Program-made: the position numbers and the translations under genes
Shown here: positions 1-11,800 of the stretch, piece by piece
How positions within the stretch are numbered: position 1 is the first letter of the stretch
How the letters are laid out: the number at the start of each line of letters is the position of its first letter
Notes under the pieces: model-generated
Database searches by the model: none
Told to the model about the DNA's origin: nothing
What the model saw: only the letters and a program-made list of their open reading frames with translations
Source: Anolis carolinensis
Lineage: Eukaryota
Length of the DNA stretch: 64,000 bases
Direction of reading: 5' to 3'
NCBI RefSeq assembly: GCF_035594765.1
Contig: NC_085845.1
Location: 18,036,024 to 18,100,023 of the forward strand

Positions 1-716
1 GTCATTTACCTGAGCCTAAAATAGCCAGAGTCTCTCAGCAAACATGGCAATTTACTTCCACGCATTCAGGATATGTTGGGAACATTATGAGAAAAGGCTT
101 GAACTGACAAGAGGGGAGACTACTAAGGTCTCTTTATGGGCCAACAAAGCTCACAACACCCAATAGTTGTCCACCCTGTATAAGGTCAATCAAATGCAAA
201 TGCAGATGTGTGGTGCCATAATGACTGTCTTTTAGATGTATATTTCAATTAGACAAAAAGAAATCTGATAGCTTGGTTCACACAAGAAAACTCATAATAG
301 CTCAGCTATTCCTGCTTATCAAAGTATCAAACTCTGACACTTTCATGCCCACCTTTCTGAGTACAGGGAGTCCCCGAGTTACAAACATCTGACTTACAAA
401 TGATTCATAGTTAAGAACAGGGGTGAGACAACAGGAAGTGTGAGAAATCTACCACTCAGAAGGGAAATTCATTCCTGAAAGAGTTATCCTGGGAAAAAGG
501 TGTCTCCACTGAAACTTTATCACCATTCCTTGTTTTCAGAACAAGTCATTTCCCCCCCAAAATCCAGTTATCACAGGCATACACCAAGCAGCACTGGGGG
601 AGGGGGCATGAATAGAGAGGTGGAAACAAATGGTTAACTGAAATTAATCTACTAGGCACACACCGGTCCCACTGTTGAACATACAGATTTCAAAAAAATA
701 TGAGTTAAAGTATTAC

Positions 717-903
717 CGGCTGTGTGCTTCCTCGGTGTAGTCCTGACAGAATATTCAAAATCTGGTACTGTATGACTGCTCAAGTGAAGGTGGTAGTTTC
801 TTGCTTCATCCAACAAGTCCCTACATTTTAGATTCTGTTTGACAATCTCTTCTTTTGCCACCACTCCCATAAGAAAGCAAATGGGCAACAGAGGCAGGCG
901 TAC
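717..903 (-). CDS. KLHL8: Kelch-like protein 8, third coding exon (end of BACK domain; gene continues left of the window)
   Basis: TCTCTAG acceptor, then VRLPLLPICFLMGVVAKEEIVKQNLKCRDLLDEARNYHLHLS...TTPRKHTA, then GTAATA donor; 187 nt, in phase with the upstream exon. Confidence 0.93.
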
Positions 904-1179
904 CTAGAGACAGATAATGTATTTAAATGAAGTGGAAATTATTAAGTCCTACACTAATGTGTAGGTGCAATGCAGGATATTCAAAGCTACTAAAAGAAAC
1001 GATAATGCCTCTCTAACTGTCTCATACTAAAGGTACATGGCTTCACTAGCAATACGCCTTGCAACTTGATCAACTGGGGGACGTATTGGTTTATCCATTC
1101 AAAATGGCTGCAGAAATTAAAAGGGAAGAATTAGCCATGTGACAGAGTGTAGGTTTCTTTTTAATCATTTTCATTCTAT

Positions 1180-1773
1180 TTGAAAGAAATCTTGCCTCCG
1201 TGACCGTCTCTCCCTCCATAAACCTGCCCGATCTTTACGATCATCCGGGGAGGCCCTTTTATCACCACTGTCGTTATCCCAGGCCCGCCTTGTGAGTACA
1301 AGGGAGAGGGCCTTTTCTGCTGTGGCCCCCCGACTATGGAACTCACTGCCTACTGAAATCAGGCAAGCTCCCACTTTGTTAGCTTTTAGGAAAGACCTGA
1401 AAACATGGCTCTTCCGCTGTGCTTTTGGTGAGTAACTTCTGTTATATATTTCGGTGTTACTCCCCCCAAACATCTATCCTCTAAACTGCCCCACTCTCAT
1501 ATGTCCCTGTACACATTGGAGTACCCCTCTGTCCCTCACACTCCGGGTTTTATCTTTGTGTTCATGCGGCCTGCTCTTGTTTGACTGTTTCTTGATTTCT
1601 TGATGTGATGTTTATTATTATGTATTGTATTAATTTTAATTATGTTATTATATGCTGTTTTATATTTTATTATATTGTATTGCTTTGGGCATGGCCCCAT
1701 GTTAGCCGCCCCGAGTCCCTGCTGGGGAGATGGTGGCGGGGTATAAATAAAGTTTTATTATTATTATTATTAT
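1180..1773 (+). mobile_element. L2-type LINE 3' end
   Basis: Plus strand encodes a RERAFSAVAPRLWNSLP...FRKDLKTWLF-like C-terminus; 3' stem GCCGCCCCGAGTCC...GGCGGGG, AATAAA and (TTA)n tail. Confidence 0.8.
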
Positions 1774-2090
1774 TGCCTCTTCTGCTTTGTTCAATAGCCA
1801 GATGATTGGAATATTGCAAAGCTGAAAATATTTCATGAGGTTACAAGAGCAGGCTCAGGACATGTCAAAAGGGTTAAGAGGCACTGGACAACCTGAATCA
1901 TAAGAACAGCACATGGAAATCCTAGAGGAAATTGACTACACCAGGTATTCAACCATTTCTGGTTGAAGGCCCTCTTTTGTAAAGGCCAGTTATGTTAATG
2001 AAGCAGTTTGGGACTTGTGCCATCACATACCAAACATGAACACTAGAGCTATATTCCTGTTGCAGACCTTGATAGAAGGCAGTACTAGTA

Positions 2091-2413
2091 CAGTAGAGAC
2101 TCACTTATCCAAGCCTCGCTTATCCAAGACTCTGGATTATCCAAGCCATTTTTGTAGTCAATGTTTTCAATATATCGTGATATTTTGGTGCTAAATTCGT
2201 AAATACAGTAATTACAACATAACATTACTGCGTATTGAACTACTTTTTCTGTCAAATTTGTTGTATAACATGATGTTTTGGTGCTTAATTTGTAAAATCA
2301 TAACCTAATTTGATGTTTAATAGGCTTTTCCTTAATCCCTCCTTATTATCCAAGATATTCGCTTATCCAAGCTTCTGCTGGCCCGTTTAGCTTGGATAAG
2401 TGAGACTCTACTG
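2091..2413. mobile_element. Tc1/mariner-pogo MITE
   Basis: TIR CAGTAGAG(T/A)CTCACTTATCCAA, TA target duplication. Confidence 0.88.
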
Positions 2414-2706
2414 TACTTACGTACTAATGTAGTCAAATTAAAGTCAAATTAATGAAGCTGTAAAAGCCTCCTTGTGGAGAGAAAACAGATTATAAATAAA
2501 CATCATCATTATCAACAACAACCATAACCAGTCAAATGCCCTTATCTTTATCTGTGGATGAAAAATCCAGCCATGCACACATAAGATAAATTTATATCCC
2601 GTGTCCATTAGAAGAGAGTATTTTCTTGAGAACCATACAAACAAATAGTTGTCAGGTTGCAGAAATACTCCAACAGGTGCCATAATAAAGTGACATTACT
2701 CTGAGT

Positions 2707-3889
2707 CAGGGGTCCCCAAACTACGGCCCGCGGGCCACATGCGGCCCGTCGGAGCTATTTATACGGCCCGCGGGGCAGTAGCTCCCTCCTCCTCTGCCAA
2801 GAAAGATGTGTGTGGCAAAGAGAAAGAGGAAACGGCCTTTCCCTTCTCCCTCGCCCCGCGCGCACCTTTTCTGCTGCCGCTGCCGCCGAAGAAGGAGCAC
2901 GCAGGGCGAGCGAGGAGGCAGGGAAGGTGAGTGGCTTTCTCGCCTCGCTGCCGCTGCCGCCGAAGAAGGAGCACGCAGGGCGAGCGAGGAGGCAGGGAAG
3001 GTGAGTGGCTTTCTCGCCTCGCTCGCCCCGCGCGCTCCTTTCCCGCCGCTGCTGTCGAGGAAGGAGTGCACGGGGCGAGCATGGAGAGAAAGCCACTCAC
3101 CTTCCCTGCCTCCTCGCTCGCCCCGCGCGCTCCTTTCCCGCCGCTGCCGCTGAAGAAGGAGCGCGCAGGGCGAGCGAGGAGGCAGGGAAGGTGAGTGGCT
3201 TTCTCGCCTCGCTCGCCCCGCGCGCTCCTTTCCCGCCGCTGCTGTCGAGGAAGGAGTGCACGGGGCGAGCATGGAGAGAAAGCCACTCACCTTCCCTGCC
3301 TCCTCGCTCGCCCTGCGCGCTCCTTTCCCGCCGCTGCTGCCGAAGAAGGAGTGCGCAGGGCGAGCGAGGAGGCAGGGAAGGTGAGTGGCTTTCTCGCCTC
3401 GCTCGCCCCGCGCGCTCCTTTCCTACCGCCGCTGTCGAGGAAGGAGTGCACGGGGCAAGGAGAGAAAGCCACTCGCCTTACCTGCCTCCTCGCTCGCCCT
3501 GCGCGCTCCTTTCCCGCTGCCGCTGTTGCCAAGGAACATAAGCACTGGGCAAACAAGAAGAGAAAGGCACTCACCTTTCCTGCCTCCTTGCCCGCCCCGT
3601 GCGCTCCTTTCCAGCCACCGCTGCCACAGAGGAACTTAAGACCTTGCTTGAGGTACCACATTAAATGTACATTGGGGAAAATGGCACACTTCGTTTTGTA
3701 TTGCACAGAATGTATCCAGTGGCAGTTTCCAAAATGAATACAGAGGCACATCTTATAGAAATAGGTTAACTGTGTTAGTAGGTGGTTGAATTATGTTGGT
3801 CAGGGATGCTTTGATTGTTTTGGTGCACAAAGGCAGAAGGGGGTTGGATTAGATGGCCCAAGGGGTCTTTTCCAACCATTTTAATTATG

Positions 3890-3924
<35 letters not shown>

Positions 3925-4110
3925 GTTGTTGTTGACACAAAGACAGAGTATGGCACAACAAACGAGATATATATGATGGATTATTACTATCATTGTATGA
4001 CACAGCAAACAAGATAGATATGCTGGATTTCGTATCACAAAATCACAAGTCGAACACTTCCCAAGTGTCTAGGACTGTGTGATGTATTTTCGGATGATGT
4101 GTGCAGATCC

Positions 4111-4141
<31 letters not shown>

Positions 4142-4411
4142 GAGTGACTATCTGTCAGGGGTGCTTTGATTATGTTTTGTTGCACAAAAGCAAAAGGGGT
4201 TTGGACTAGATGGCCCAAGGGGTCTCTTCCAACCCTCTTTATTATTTTTATGATGATGATTATTATTATTAACATTGAGGCTGTATTTGTTCCCTTTTTG
4301 TTTGTTTTTTTACTTCATAATAAGGTATGTGCAGTGTGCATAGGAATTTGTTCATAGTTCAAAATAAAAAACGTGAATTGGCCCCCTGTTTAAAAGGTTT
4401 GGGGACCCCTG
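2707..4411. mobile_element. Non-autonomous hAT transposon carrying a GC-rich minisatellite and captured LINE fragments
   Basis: TIRs CAGGGGTCCCCAAAC / GTTTGGGGACCCCTG; perfect 8-bp TSD CTCTGAGT (2699-2706, 4412-4419). Confidence 0.92.
2840..3630. repeat. GC-rich minisatellite with ~190-bp period built from inverted subunits
   Basis: GTGAGTGGCTTTCTCGCCTCGCTCGCCCCG recurs at 3001, 3191, 3381; its reverse complement lies in between. Confidence 0.9.
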
Positions 4412-4767
4412 CTCTGAGTGTTACAGCTTTTATTCATTTACATTAAACTAATGGCCCATTTACAGTATAAATGCACAATGATAACTGAGGACTGCTCCAA
4501 AACAAAGACTTCAATTGAGATGCATTGTCACAAGTACAATTTCATTCAAGAGACACAATTCTTGCATTCTGCTGTCAATTTTCAAGTACTGATGACAAGA
4601 AGCGGATGTGTGCAAGTTAGTCTATTTTAGTGTTTGAGAAATTACTGGATTTCTTGTATTCAAAATGCCATTACTGCTAGTACTTCTAACTTCAACTGGA
4701 CAGAGAATACAAAAACGAAATGTCCATGGATTCATCCTTTACCCCCAAATACTCATCTAGTTCTTAC

Positions 4768-5316
4768 CTGTGCAATTATTTCATCTAACCACGTAGTATG
4801 ATGCTGTGGATTGGCAAGGAGCCATTTAATTGCAGCACGATAAACCTGCTTTTCACTCTCAATGCTCAGATCATTTGAAGACAACAGTTTATGTAGATGT
4901 TGAGGTGACACACTCACAAAGTCTTCACACTCCACGACTTCAGCAAAATGTTCACAAGCATAGCGATCCGCCATGTCCATCAAGTCAACCCGGTTGTGAC
5001 TCTCTGCAAAAGCCCTCACTGCCAGGCAATTTGAAGGATGGAAATGCAGTTTCATGTACTCACAGCAAGCTTTGGCCACCACTTCCACCTGGAGAATGCA
5101 GGCAGCATATAAGAGAGGCTGGACATTGTCTACTGTCAAAGTCAGTCGAGATGAGTACACAAACTTGACTAAATCTTCTATGGCATCACCATCAAAGTCT
5201 TTGATCTCAATTAATGACTGCTTGGCTTCTGCCATTTCGGAAAGAAACATGGCTCGGAAGTAAGGAATAACACAAGCAAGCACAAGCTTGTGACAGGAAA
5301 TCAGTTTCGACCCCAC
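4768..5316 (-). CDS. KLHL8: Kelch-like protein 8, second coding exon (BTB/BACK domains)
   Basis: 549 nt, AG/GTAAGA boundaries; VGSKLISCHKLVLACVIPYFRAMFLSEMAEAKQ...HFHPSNCLAVRAFAESH...WLDEIIAQ. Confidence 0.96.
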
Positions 5317-7492
5317 CTATTGAGAAAACACACATTTGTCTTAGTGGAAGCTGAGCTATTTTTGCTTAATCCAAAGGTTACCAACCTGTCCTTCTTGGGC
5401 TTATAGGAGTTCACGAGGAGGCACAAATATAAAAATATTTTCTTCCACTTTCCTTCCTGTTATTGTCAAAATTGTGTTTTAAGTAGATTTTTCTAGGAAG
5501 GGAGACCATAACTTTAAACAGATTCTCAAAGTAGCCAATGTCCCCTCTCTTCAAAAAGATTAACAACAAATGTTGAGATCTTTAATCTAGGATCCTAGAA
5601 GAATTTTTAAAAGTTTTAGAACAAGATGCCAGAGACACAGAGGAGTTTTAAAATCCAAGATTGCCAAGTTAACAGGACACTAACATTGGTATATTTTTAT
5701 TTTATGTAATCAGATTATATTTCACATTTGTAAACAATGCTAATTCCTTGCTCTCTCTTGAGAAGTGGACGTGGGGACATTGCTTTGTGCTTATATGAAA
5801 AACATTCTGAATGTAACACTTAAAACCATCAGATGCAGACTTGCAATCTTTTGTAAACAACATCACTTTCATTTCCCTCTGCAGAATATTTCTTCACCAT
5901 CTTTGCCAATGAACTTCAGATAAAGGTATCGTCAATGTCTATTCTGGATTTTCTATTACAAACTGCCATTGATACAGTTTGCAAATTAAATATGTTACAC
6001 TGAGTACATGAATCTGCCATTTTCAAGAAAATTACGGTTTTCCATTAGATGTGTACTGTCATATAACATGCATTAAAGTCACAGCAGTGTGTTTTCCTTA
6101 AAATGTTTTGCAAATAGTTTTAAACCATAGTTTCCCTTTACAATATTTAATGTATTGTGCCAATAAACTAATCTTTGATTTGAAATGATATAGGATTTGA
6201 AGAATGACATATAACAATTTAAAATTATGGCTAAGACTAAAAAGCCTGACAGTAGCATAAAACTTCTTTGAAAATCAGAGATGAGAAATACTCTCCTGAG
6301 GATAAGCAGATTGTAAAGTCATGGTGTGTAAGGAAACAGCATCATTAGATCTATCACAACCATAAAATTCTTGTTGAGATAAGTTTCCAATTGGGCTACT
6401 TTTATTGCCTGCATGAAATATTTAGTGATTGTTTCACAACCTACATCATGAAGTTGCTGTCACTAAAATTATTATTTCCTGTTTGCAATTTATTACTAGA
6501 CGTTTTAGCCCATCATCTCAATCAGATAATCTTAATTATTTATAGCCACAGTTATCCAAGAGAGTTGCTTCCTAAAATAAGCTAAAGGAAGGAATTGAGC
6601 AGCATATTATTTTAAAAAATGTACTGCCATGAAACACACAGAAGTTATTATATCCAGTCAAGATCTCTAAATTATAAAATGGGTAGATTTGGCTGTACAG
6701 TATGACCCACAGAAAGGTCTGAATGTACACAGGTTGATTATCTATCAATGAGTGACAAGTGGCCGATACATATACATAAACTAAACAGACTGATATTTCA
6801 TCAGATAAAGACAATAATGGTTTGCTTTCTATTGCATAGCCACCCTGGATGAAAAAAAGTTAAAAATTAAGGTAATTTGATAATGCAAGTATGAATGAAC
6901 AGTGGCACATGTGGCATACATACATACCTCCCAAGCCTTTTTGGAGCCCATGATCCCACCCAGGAACATTGGATCATTCAATAATCACAACCCCACATTC
7001 TTTTTCCATATTAGTCATACAGCTAGAATACTAGAACCAGGCTTTCACATGTCACAGCCTGAACTCAGAAAAGTTATGCCCACTGGCTATGTTGACTGGA
7101 CAGATCTGGCAGCAGTAGCTCCCAAAGGAACTTTTCTAAGTCACAATATCAAAACAGTCATTCAAGACAACATCAGTTATGCCAGTTGAGTGGGTTAAAT
7201 TTGGCACCGTGGGCTATACAAGTATGCAACTCTGAACTAAGGGAAATGACTTCTCATTTGAGCTCATGACCATAATTACATAACAGTCACAGCTTCCCAC
7301 ACATACCAACTGTTCTGCAAAACTTGCAGAACTCTTTAGCAATTTTTTTAAAAGTGAAGAATCATGGCACAATGCCAATTCCCAAATGCCAACAGTACCT
7401 GGTAAAAAAGCAAAAACACGTTCTGACACAGAGAAAATTGATGTAAAAATTCATAATTTGCAAACAAATAAATATGAAATATGTATAATCAC

Positions 7493-7696
7493 CTTTAGTG
7501 TAACATCACAAAGTTCCCCAGCTTCATAGAAGTGAAGGAGAGAACTGTGGAAATCCTTCCAGGCTTCATTTGCTTCAAACACAAATGTCTCTTCTTCCGC
7601 ATCACTGTTCAGAGGCGACCTTTCATACTGCTGCTGCCTTTTCCCTTTAACCACACGATGTTTTGCTTGCTCTGGGACCATACAGTCAGAAGCCAT
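7493..7696 (-). CDS. KLHL8: Kelch-like protein 8, first coding exon (exon incl. 5'UTR probably 7493-7814)
   Basis: ATG at 7696; MASD...FVFEANEAWKDFHSSLLHFYEAGELCDVTLK then GTGATT donor; polypyrimidine CTACAG acceptor at 7815-7820. Confidence 0.92.
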
Positions 7697-8102
7697 TAGC
7701 TGCTATCTCCTTCCAAATCTGTTGTCAATCTCTATAAGGAGCCAAGGCAGACATTTTGCCAAGCAAATCAGATTAAATATCCAGTCCTGAGTGTAATCGT
7801 CACTTTCTGATTTACTGTAGGGAAGAAAAAAATGATTCTTCGGTAGAAGTCTTCATTACATATTGTCTGAAATACTTTACTCATTTTTAGTTTGCCCCTT
7901 TGTAGAAACTAATGTACAAGCCCAGTAAATTGTAGCCCAGATGCTTAAAATATGACAAAAAACATTGCCGTGTCTTACAATAGGTTGGATCAGACAACTA
8001 GAAGATTTGCCCAATGCTACAGCAAATAGTTTACATTAAATCACTCAATACTTTTGGATCAAAAGAATGTCTTCCAGTACTTCTACCACAAACAGCTTAA
8101 GT

Positions 8103-8188
8103 CAGGGGTCCCCAAACTTTTTAAGCAGGGGGCCAGTTCACGATACTTCGGACTGTTGGAGGGCCGAACTATAGTTGGCCACTGAGCA

Positions 8189-8224
<36 letters not shown>

Positions 8225-8349
8225 AATAATAATAATAATAAAAGAGGGTTGGAAGAGACCCTTTGGACCATTGAGTCCAATCCCCTTCTGCCTTTGTGCA
8301 CCGAAAGCACAAGCAAAGCATCCCTGGCAGATGGCCACCCAGCTTCAAT

Positions 8350-8400
<51 letters not shown>

Positions 8401-8898
8401 TGATAATTGATGTCGCCATCCCAGGTGACAGTCGCATTGACAAAAAACAACAGGAAAAACTCAGCCGCTATCAGAACCTCAAGATTGAACTTCAAAGACT
8501 CTGGCAGAAACCAATGCAGGTGGTCCCGGTGGTGATGGGCACACTGGGTGCCGTGCCAAAAGATCTCAGCCGGCATTTGGAAACAACAGACATTGACAAA
8601 ATTACGATCTGCCAGCTGCAAAAGGCCACCCTACTGGGATCTGCGCACATCATCCAAAAATACATCACACAGTCCTAGACACTTGGGAAGTGTTCGACTT
8701 GTGATTTTGTGATATGAAATCCAGCATATCTATCTTGTTTGCTGTGTCATAATAAAATAATAATAATAATAAAAGAGGGTTGGAAGAGACCCCTTGGATC
8801 ATTTAGCCCAACCTTCTTTTGCCCTTGTGCTGTGGGGGCCGGATAAATGGCTTCGATGGGCCGCATCCGGCCCCCGGGCCTTAGTTTGGGGACCCCTG
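8103..8898. mobile_element. Non-autonomous hAT transposon, same TIR family, containing (TAA)n, CR1 tails and a Dong/R4 fragment
   Basis: Same TIRs; perfect 8-bp TSD GCTTAAGT (8095-8102, 8899-8906). Confidence 0.92.
8400..8760 (+). mobile_element. Dong/R4-type non-LTR retrotransposon 3' fragment (restriction-like endonuclease C-terminus)
   Basis: IIDVAIPGDSRIDKKQQEKLSRYQNLKIELQRLW...; flanked on both sides by (TAA)n. Confidence 0.8.
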
Positions 8899-10329
8899 GC
8901 TTAAGTAAATAGATGCTAGAAGAAATGGATAATGAAATAAACGGAAGGAAAAGTTGTGGTAAATAATCAGAGTTCTCGATCTATTGGCAAGTAACACAAA
9001 TCTTGAATCTCTCTCTAGTCTTATTACAATTACTTCAGGAAAAAGGTCATTAAAAAGCAGTGTCCTTCTTTGTATGAATGCTGTCTCTCTGTCTAGTAAA
9101 CTTTTGGATTTAAATCAAAATGCTATAAACGAGTATCTTAAATAACTCAAGATTCTTGTTAGTATTTTTACAGTCAATACTTAAGCTGCAAAACATTTCT
9201 TTCCTGGGGTGAATAAAACCATTAATGTATCAGCACACAAACACAACTCAGCCACAAATTTAATTGCCATGTCTCTATACAATACAATTATGGGAGTTAT
9301 CGTTTTTACAAAATCAGTAGCCTTCTCTTCCAAAGAGTGCTAGTGCCTGACCAAATTACAAATCCCATGATTTTATAGCACTGAGATATGACAGCTAAAG
9401 TGATGTGAAACTGAATTCCACAGTGAAAATACAGCCCAAGAAACAGAATAGGATGTAGCAATCATGTGGTTATATGGAAATTAATATTTATATTAATCTT
9501 GCCCAGACCACTCCAAACCAAAAGTGTACAAAAAATATGTAAAGATTAATTTACTCTACAAAACTCTTTAAGCCATCCCAAAATTATATCCAAACTTTCA
9601 GGGATGTGTCCTAAAATTGGCATATCTCTTCATATATAGGCAAAAAGCATAACAAGAGCAACCCATTTATTTTAAAACAGGAGTCCAAAAGGGAGAGGAT
9701 GACTAACAGGAAAAGCTTAAGGATTACCAGTATATGCCCATTACAAGGTTAGTGCTTTTAACCCAAAGTGCATTATTCTGTCATTTTTTTTGGCCTAACT
9801 ACTTCTCTATAAATCAACTGTAGTAAGAAAACATATGAAGACCCTTTAAGGACTGAAGATCAGAATGGCAATTGTACTGACCTATACATATAAAGAATAA
9901 TCTTATCTCTTTCACCATCTTGGAAGGCCCAACATTTAGTCTTGACACTTCACATTAAGATTCACTTAAAATGAAAACTGCCTTCTTTCCTCCTCTTCGT
10001 GTCTCAGTTATACTAATTCTTCACTATAAGTGAAGTATCAAACATTATCAAACAAACCACAATTCAATTCCCAACTTCCAGTTAGTATTTAGCGTTTTGG
10101 ACACTTTAAATACGATAAATAGTACTAGCAGTACTAATAGTAGTAAGTTGTTATATCCATCCTCTCTTTCCATATAACAAGTATGTTAAGACATACAAGA
10201 AAACAAAAGAAAATGAACACTGACCCCAAACAATTAAAAACCCTGTATCTGTATATTCTGAATACTTGTAAAATGATTGACATGAAAAATTAAACACACC
10301 CTGAACAACATTAGTAAAGGTAAAGGTTT

Positions 10330-11483
10330 TGTCAAAGACAGAACGCTCCAAATAGAATACAACACAGTTTATTGAGGTTACAGAACTAAAAATTGCCCGT
10401 AGGAAACAAAGGACTAAGCAAACACTTGTCTTCAGTGTGAAAAGTAACAAAAATAACTTCGTTTGAGTTTAAACAGTTCAAAAGAATAAACCGGATTAAA
10501 TAAATGGTGCTTACTTCAGCCTGGCAATTAAACAAACAAAAACTGGTTAACAAAAGGTCAAAATGAACACAAAACCCAGCAGCAGATTCCCCTCTGCTAC
10601 TCAAGAGCTACAGAAGTAACTTGGGCTGTTGCTCCTCCGTGCAACGGGCGAAAACCAGGTCCAGGCACATCAATCAGGGTAACGACGGTCAGCAGGGTCC
10701 CAATCCGGTCCGAGGTCGAAAGCCAAACGCAGACGTCTAAGGTTCCACAAGTTCCACCGATAGCCACAGAAGGGTTAGTCCAGAGTCGTAGTCAGTCAGT
10801 CAGTCCAGCGTCAATCCAGAGTTGGCAATAATGTCCGTCAAAAAGACGACGGAGGTCCAAGCTATCAAGATTAAACACAAGTTGCACAGAAAAAGCCCAC
10901 ACAGTTCCTCCCGCCGTCTATGCCCAGTGTCCTTGGTAACTTACGTATCCAGCAAACGAACCACATCCGTCTTCAGGAAGTTGCCCAACAAGAGCCCAAG
11001 CATTCGTCCAGATTACCTTGCCCAACGCAATTAGTCATTGATTCTAGACCCCATTTTATGCCAGTTCATAACTCCTCATCGCTGTCAGCTGCTATCCTAA
11101 TTCCAGGTGCCTCCTCATCATCATCCTCATCAGAACTAAAACACCTTTGACTATGCCCCACAGCATCCCCAGCTGTGGATCCCGTTCCATCCCTCCAGCC
11201 CGTCCACGGGTCCGATCCTGCAACCCGCCAGTCGCCTCCCATACTATCATTGCCAGTGACACCCAAATCCTCCCTCACACGAGTCCATTCCATGTCATCC
11301 TCCTCTGAGCTAACCATCTCTTCCTCCATTCCCTCGGTAAAACCCTCAAAGGAGTCTTCGTCTGTTGGTTCTGCAAATAAGTCCCGGAGCCGTTTCCTTT
11401 CACGCTCCTCAAAAGAGTCTGATTCTCGAGGAGTCTTACGACCTCGTCTCCTAGTATCGGAGCCAGAAGGCTCAACCATAACA
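10330..11483 (-). mobile_element. Solo LTR (1154 bp; Gypsy/BEL/ERV class not resolved) inserted in a SINE tail
   Basis: Minus strand starts TGTTA and ends TGACA; 5-bp TSD GGTTT (10325-10329 / 11484-11488); AATAAA near the 3' end (10368-10373); TATA-like CATAAAA at ~11054-11060. Confidence 0.85.
11066..11479 (-). CDS. LTR U3-encoded 137-aa acidic ORF with basic patch and DLFxxPTDEDSFEGF motif (hypothetical)
   Basis: Uninterrupted frame from the first bases of the LTR to just before the TATA-like box; strongly biased acidic composition. Confidence 0.45.
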   Translation of the reverse strand: MVEPSGSDTRRRGRKTPRESDSFEERERKRLRDLFAEPTDEDSFEGFTEGMEEEMVSSEEDDMEWTRVREDLGVTGNDSMGGDWRVAGSDPWTGWRDGTGSTAGDAVGHSQRCFSSDEDDDEEAPGIRIAADSDEEL

Positions 11484-11800
11484 GGTTTTCCCTGATGTTA
11501 AGTCCAGTATGTCTGACTCTGGGGGTTGGTGCTCATATCCATTTCTAAGCCGAAGAGCCGGCATTGTCAGTAGACACCTCCAAAGTCATGTGGCCGGCAT
11601 GACTGCATGGAGTGCCATTACCTTCCCACCAGAGCGGTACCTATTGATCTACTCACATTGGCATGTTTTCGAACTGCTAGGTTGGCAGAAGCAGGAGCTA
11701 ACAGTGGGCGCTCACTCCGCTCCTGGGATTTGAACCTGGGACCTTTCGGTCTGCAAGTTCAGCAGCTCAGTGCTTTAATACACTTCACCACCGGGGCTCC
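11484..11800 (-). mobile_element. Sauria-type SINE (tail split by the LTR; remainder at ~10313-10329)
   Basis: tRNA-like head GGAGCCCCGGTGG..., B-box GGTTCAAATCC, (ACCTTT)n tail; homologous to other copies in the window. Confidence 0.9.

Noticed and set aside
2840-3630. CRISPR-like repeat array
   Set aside because: Eukaryotic context, no unique spacers and no cas genes; the units are inverted minisatellite subunits.
2721-3751. Stack of overlapping 110-190-aa ORFs on both strands
   Set aside because: Artefact of a stop-poor GC-rich minisatellite inside a hAT element; the peptides are repetitive with no domain.
8400-8678. 92-aa ORF as a host gene
   Set aside because: It is the endonuclease C-terminus of a 5'-truncated Dong/R4 LINE, also present at 61091-61400.
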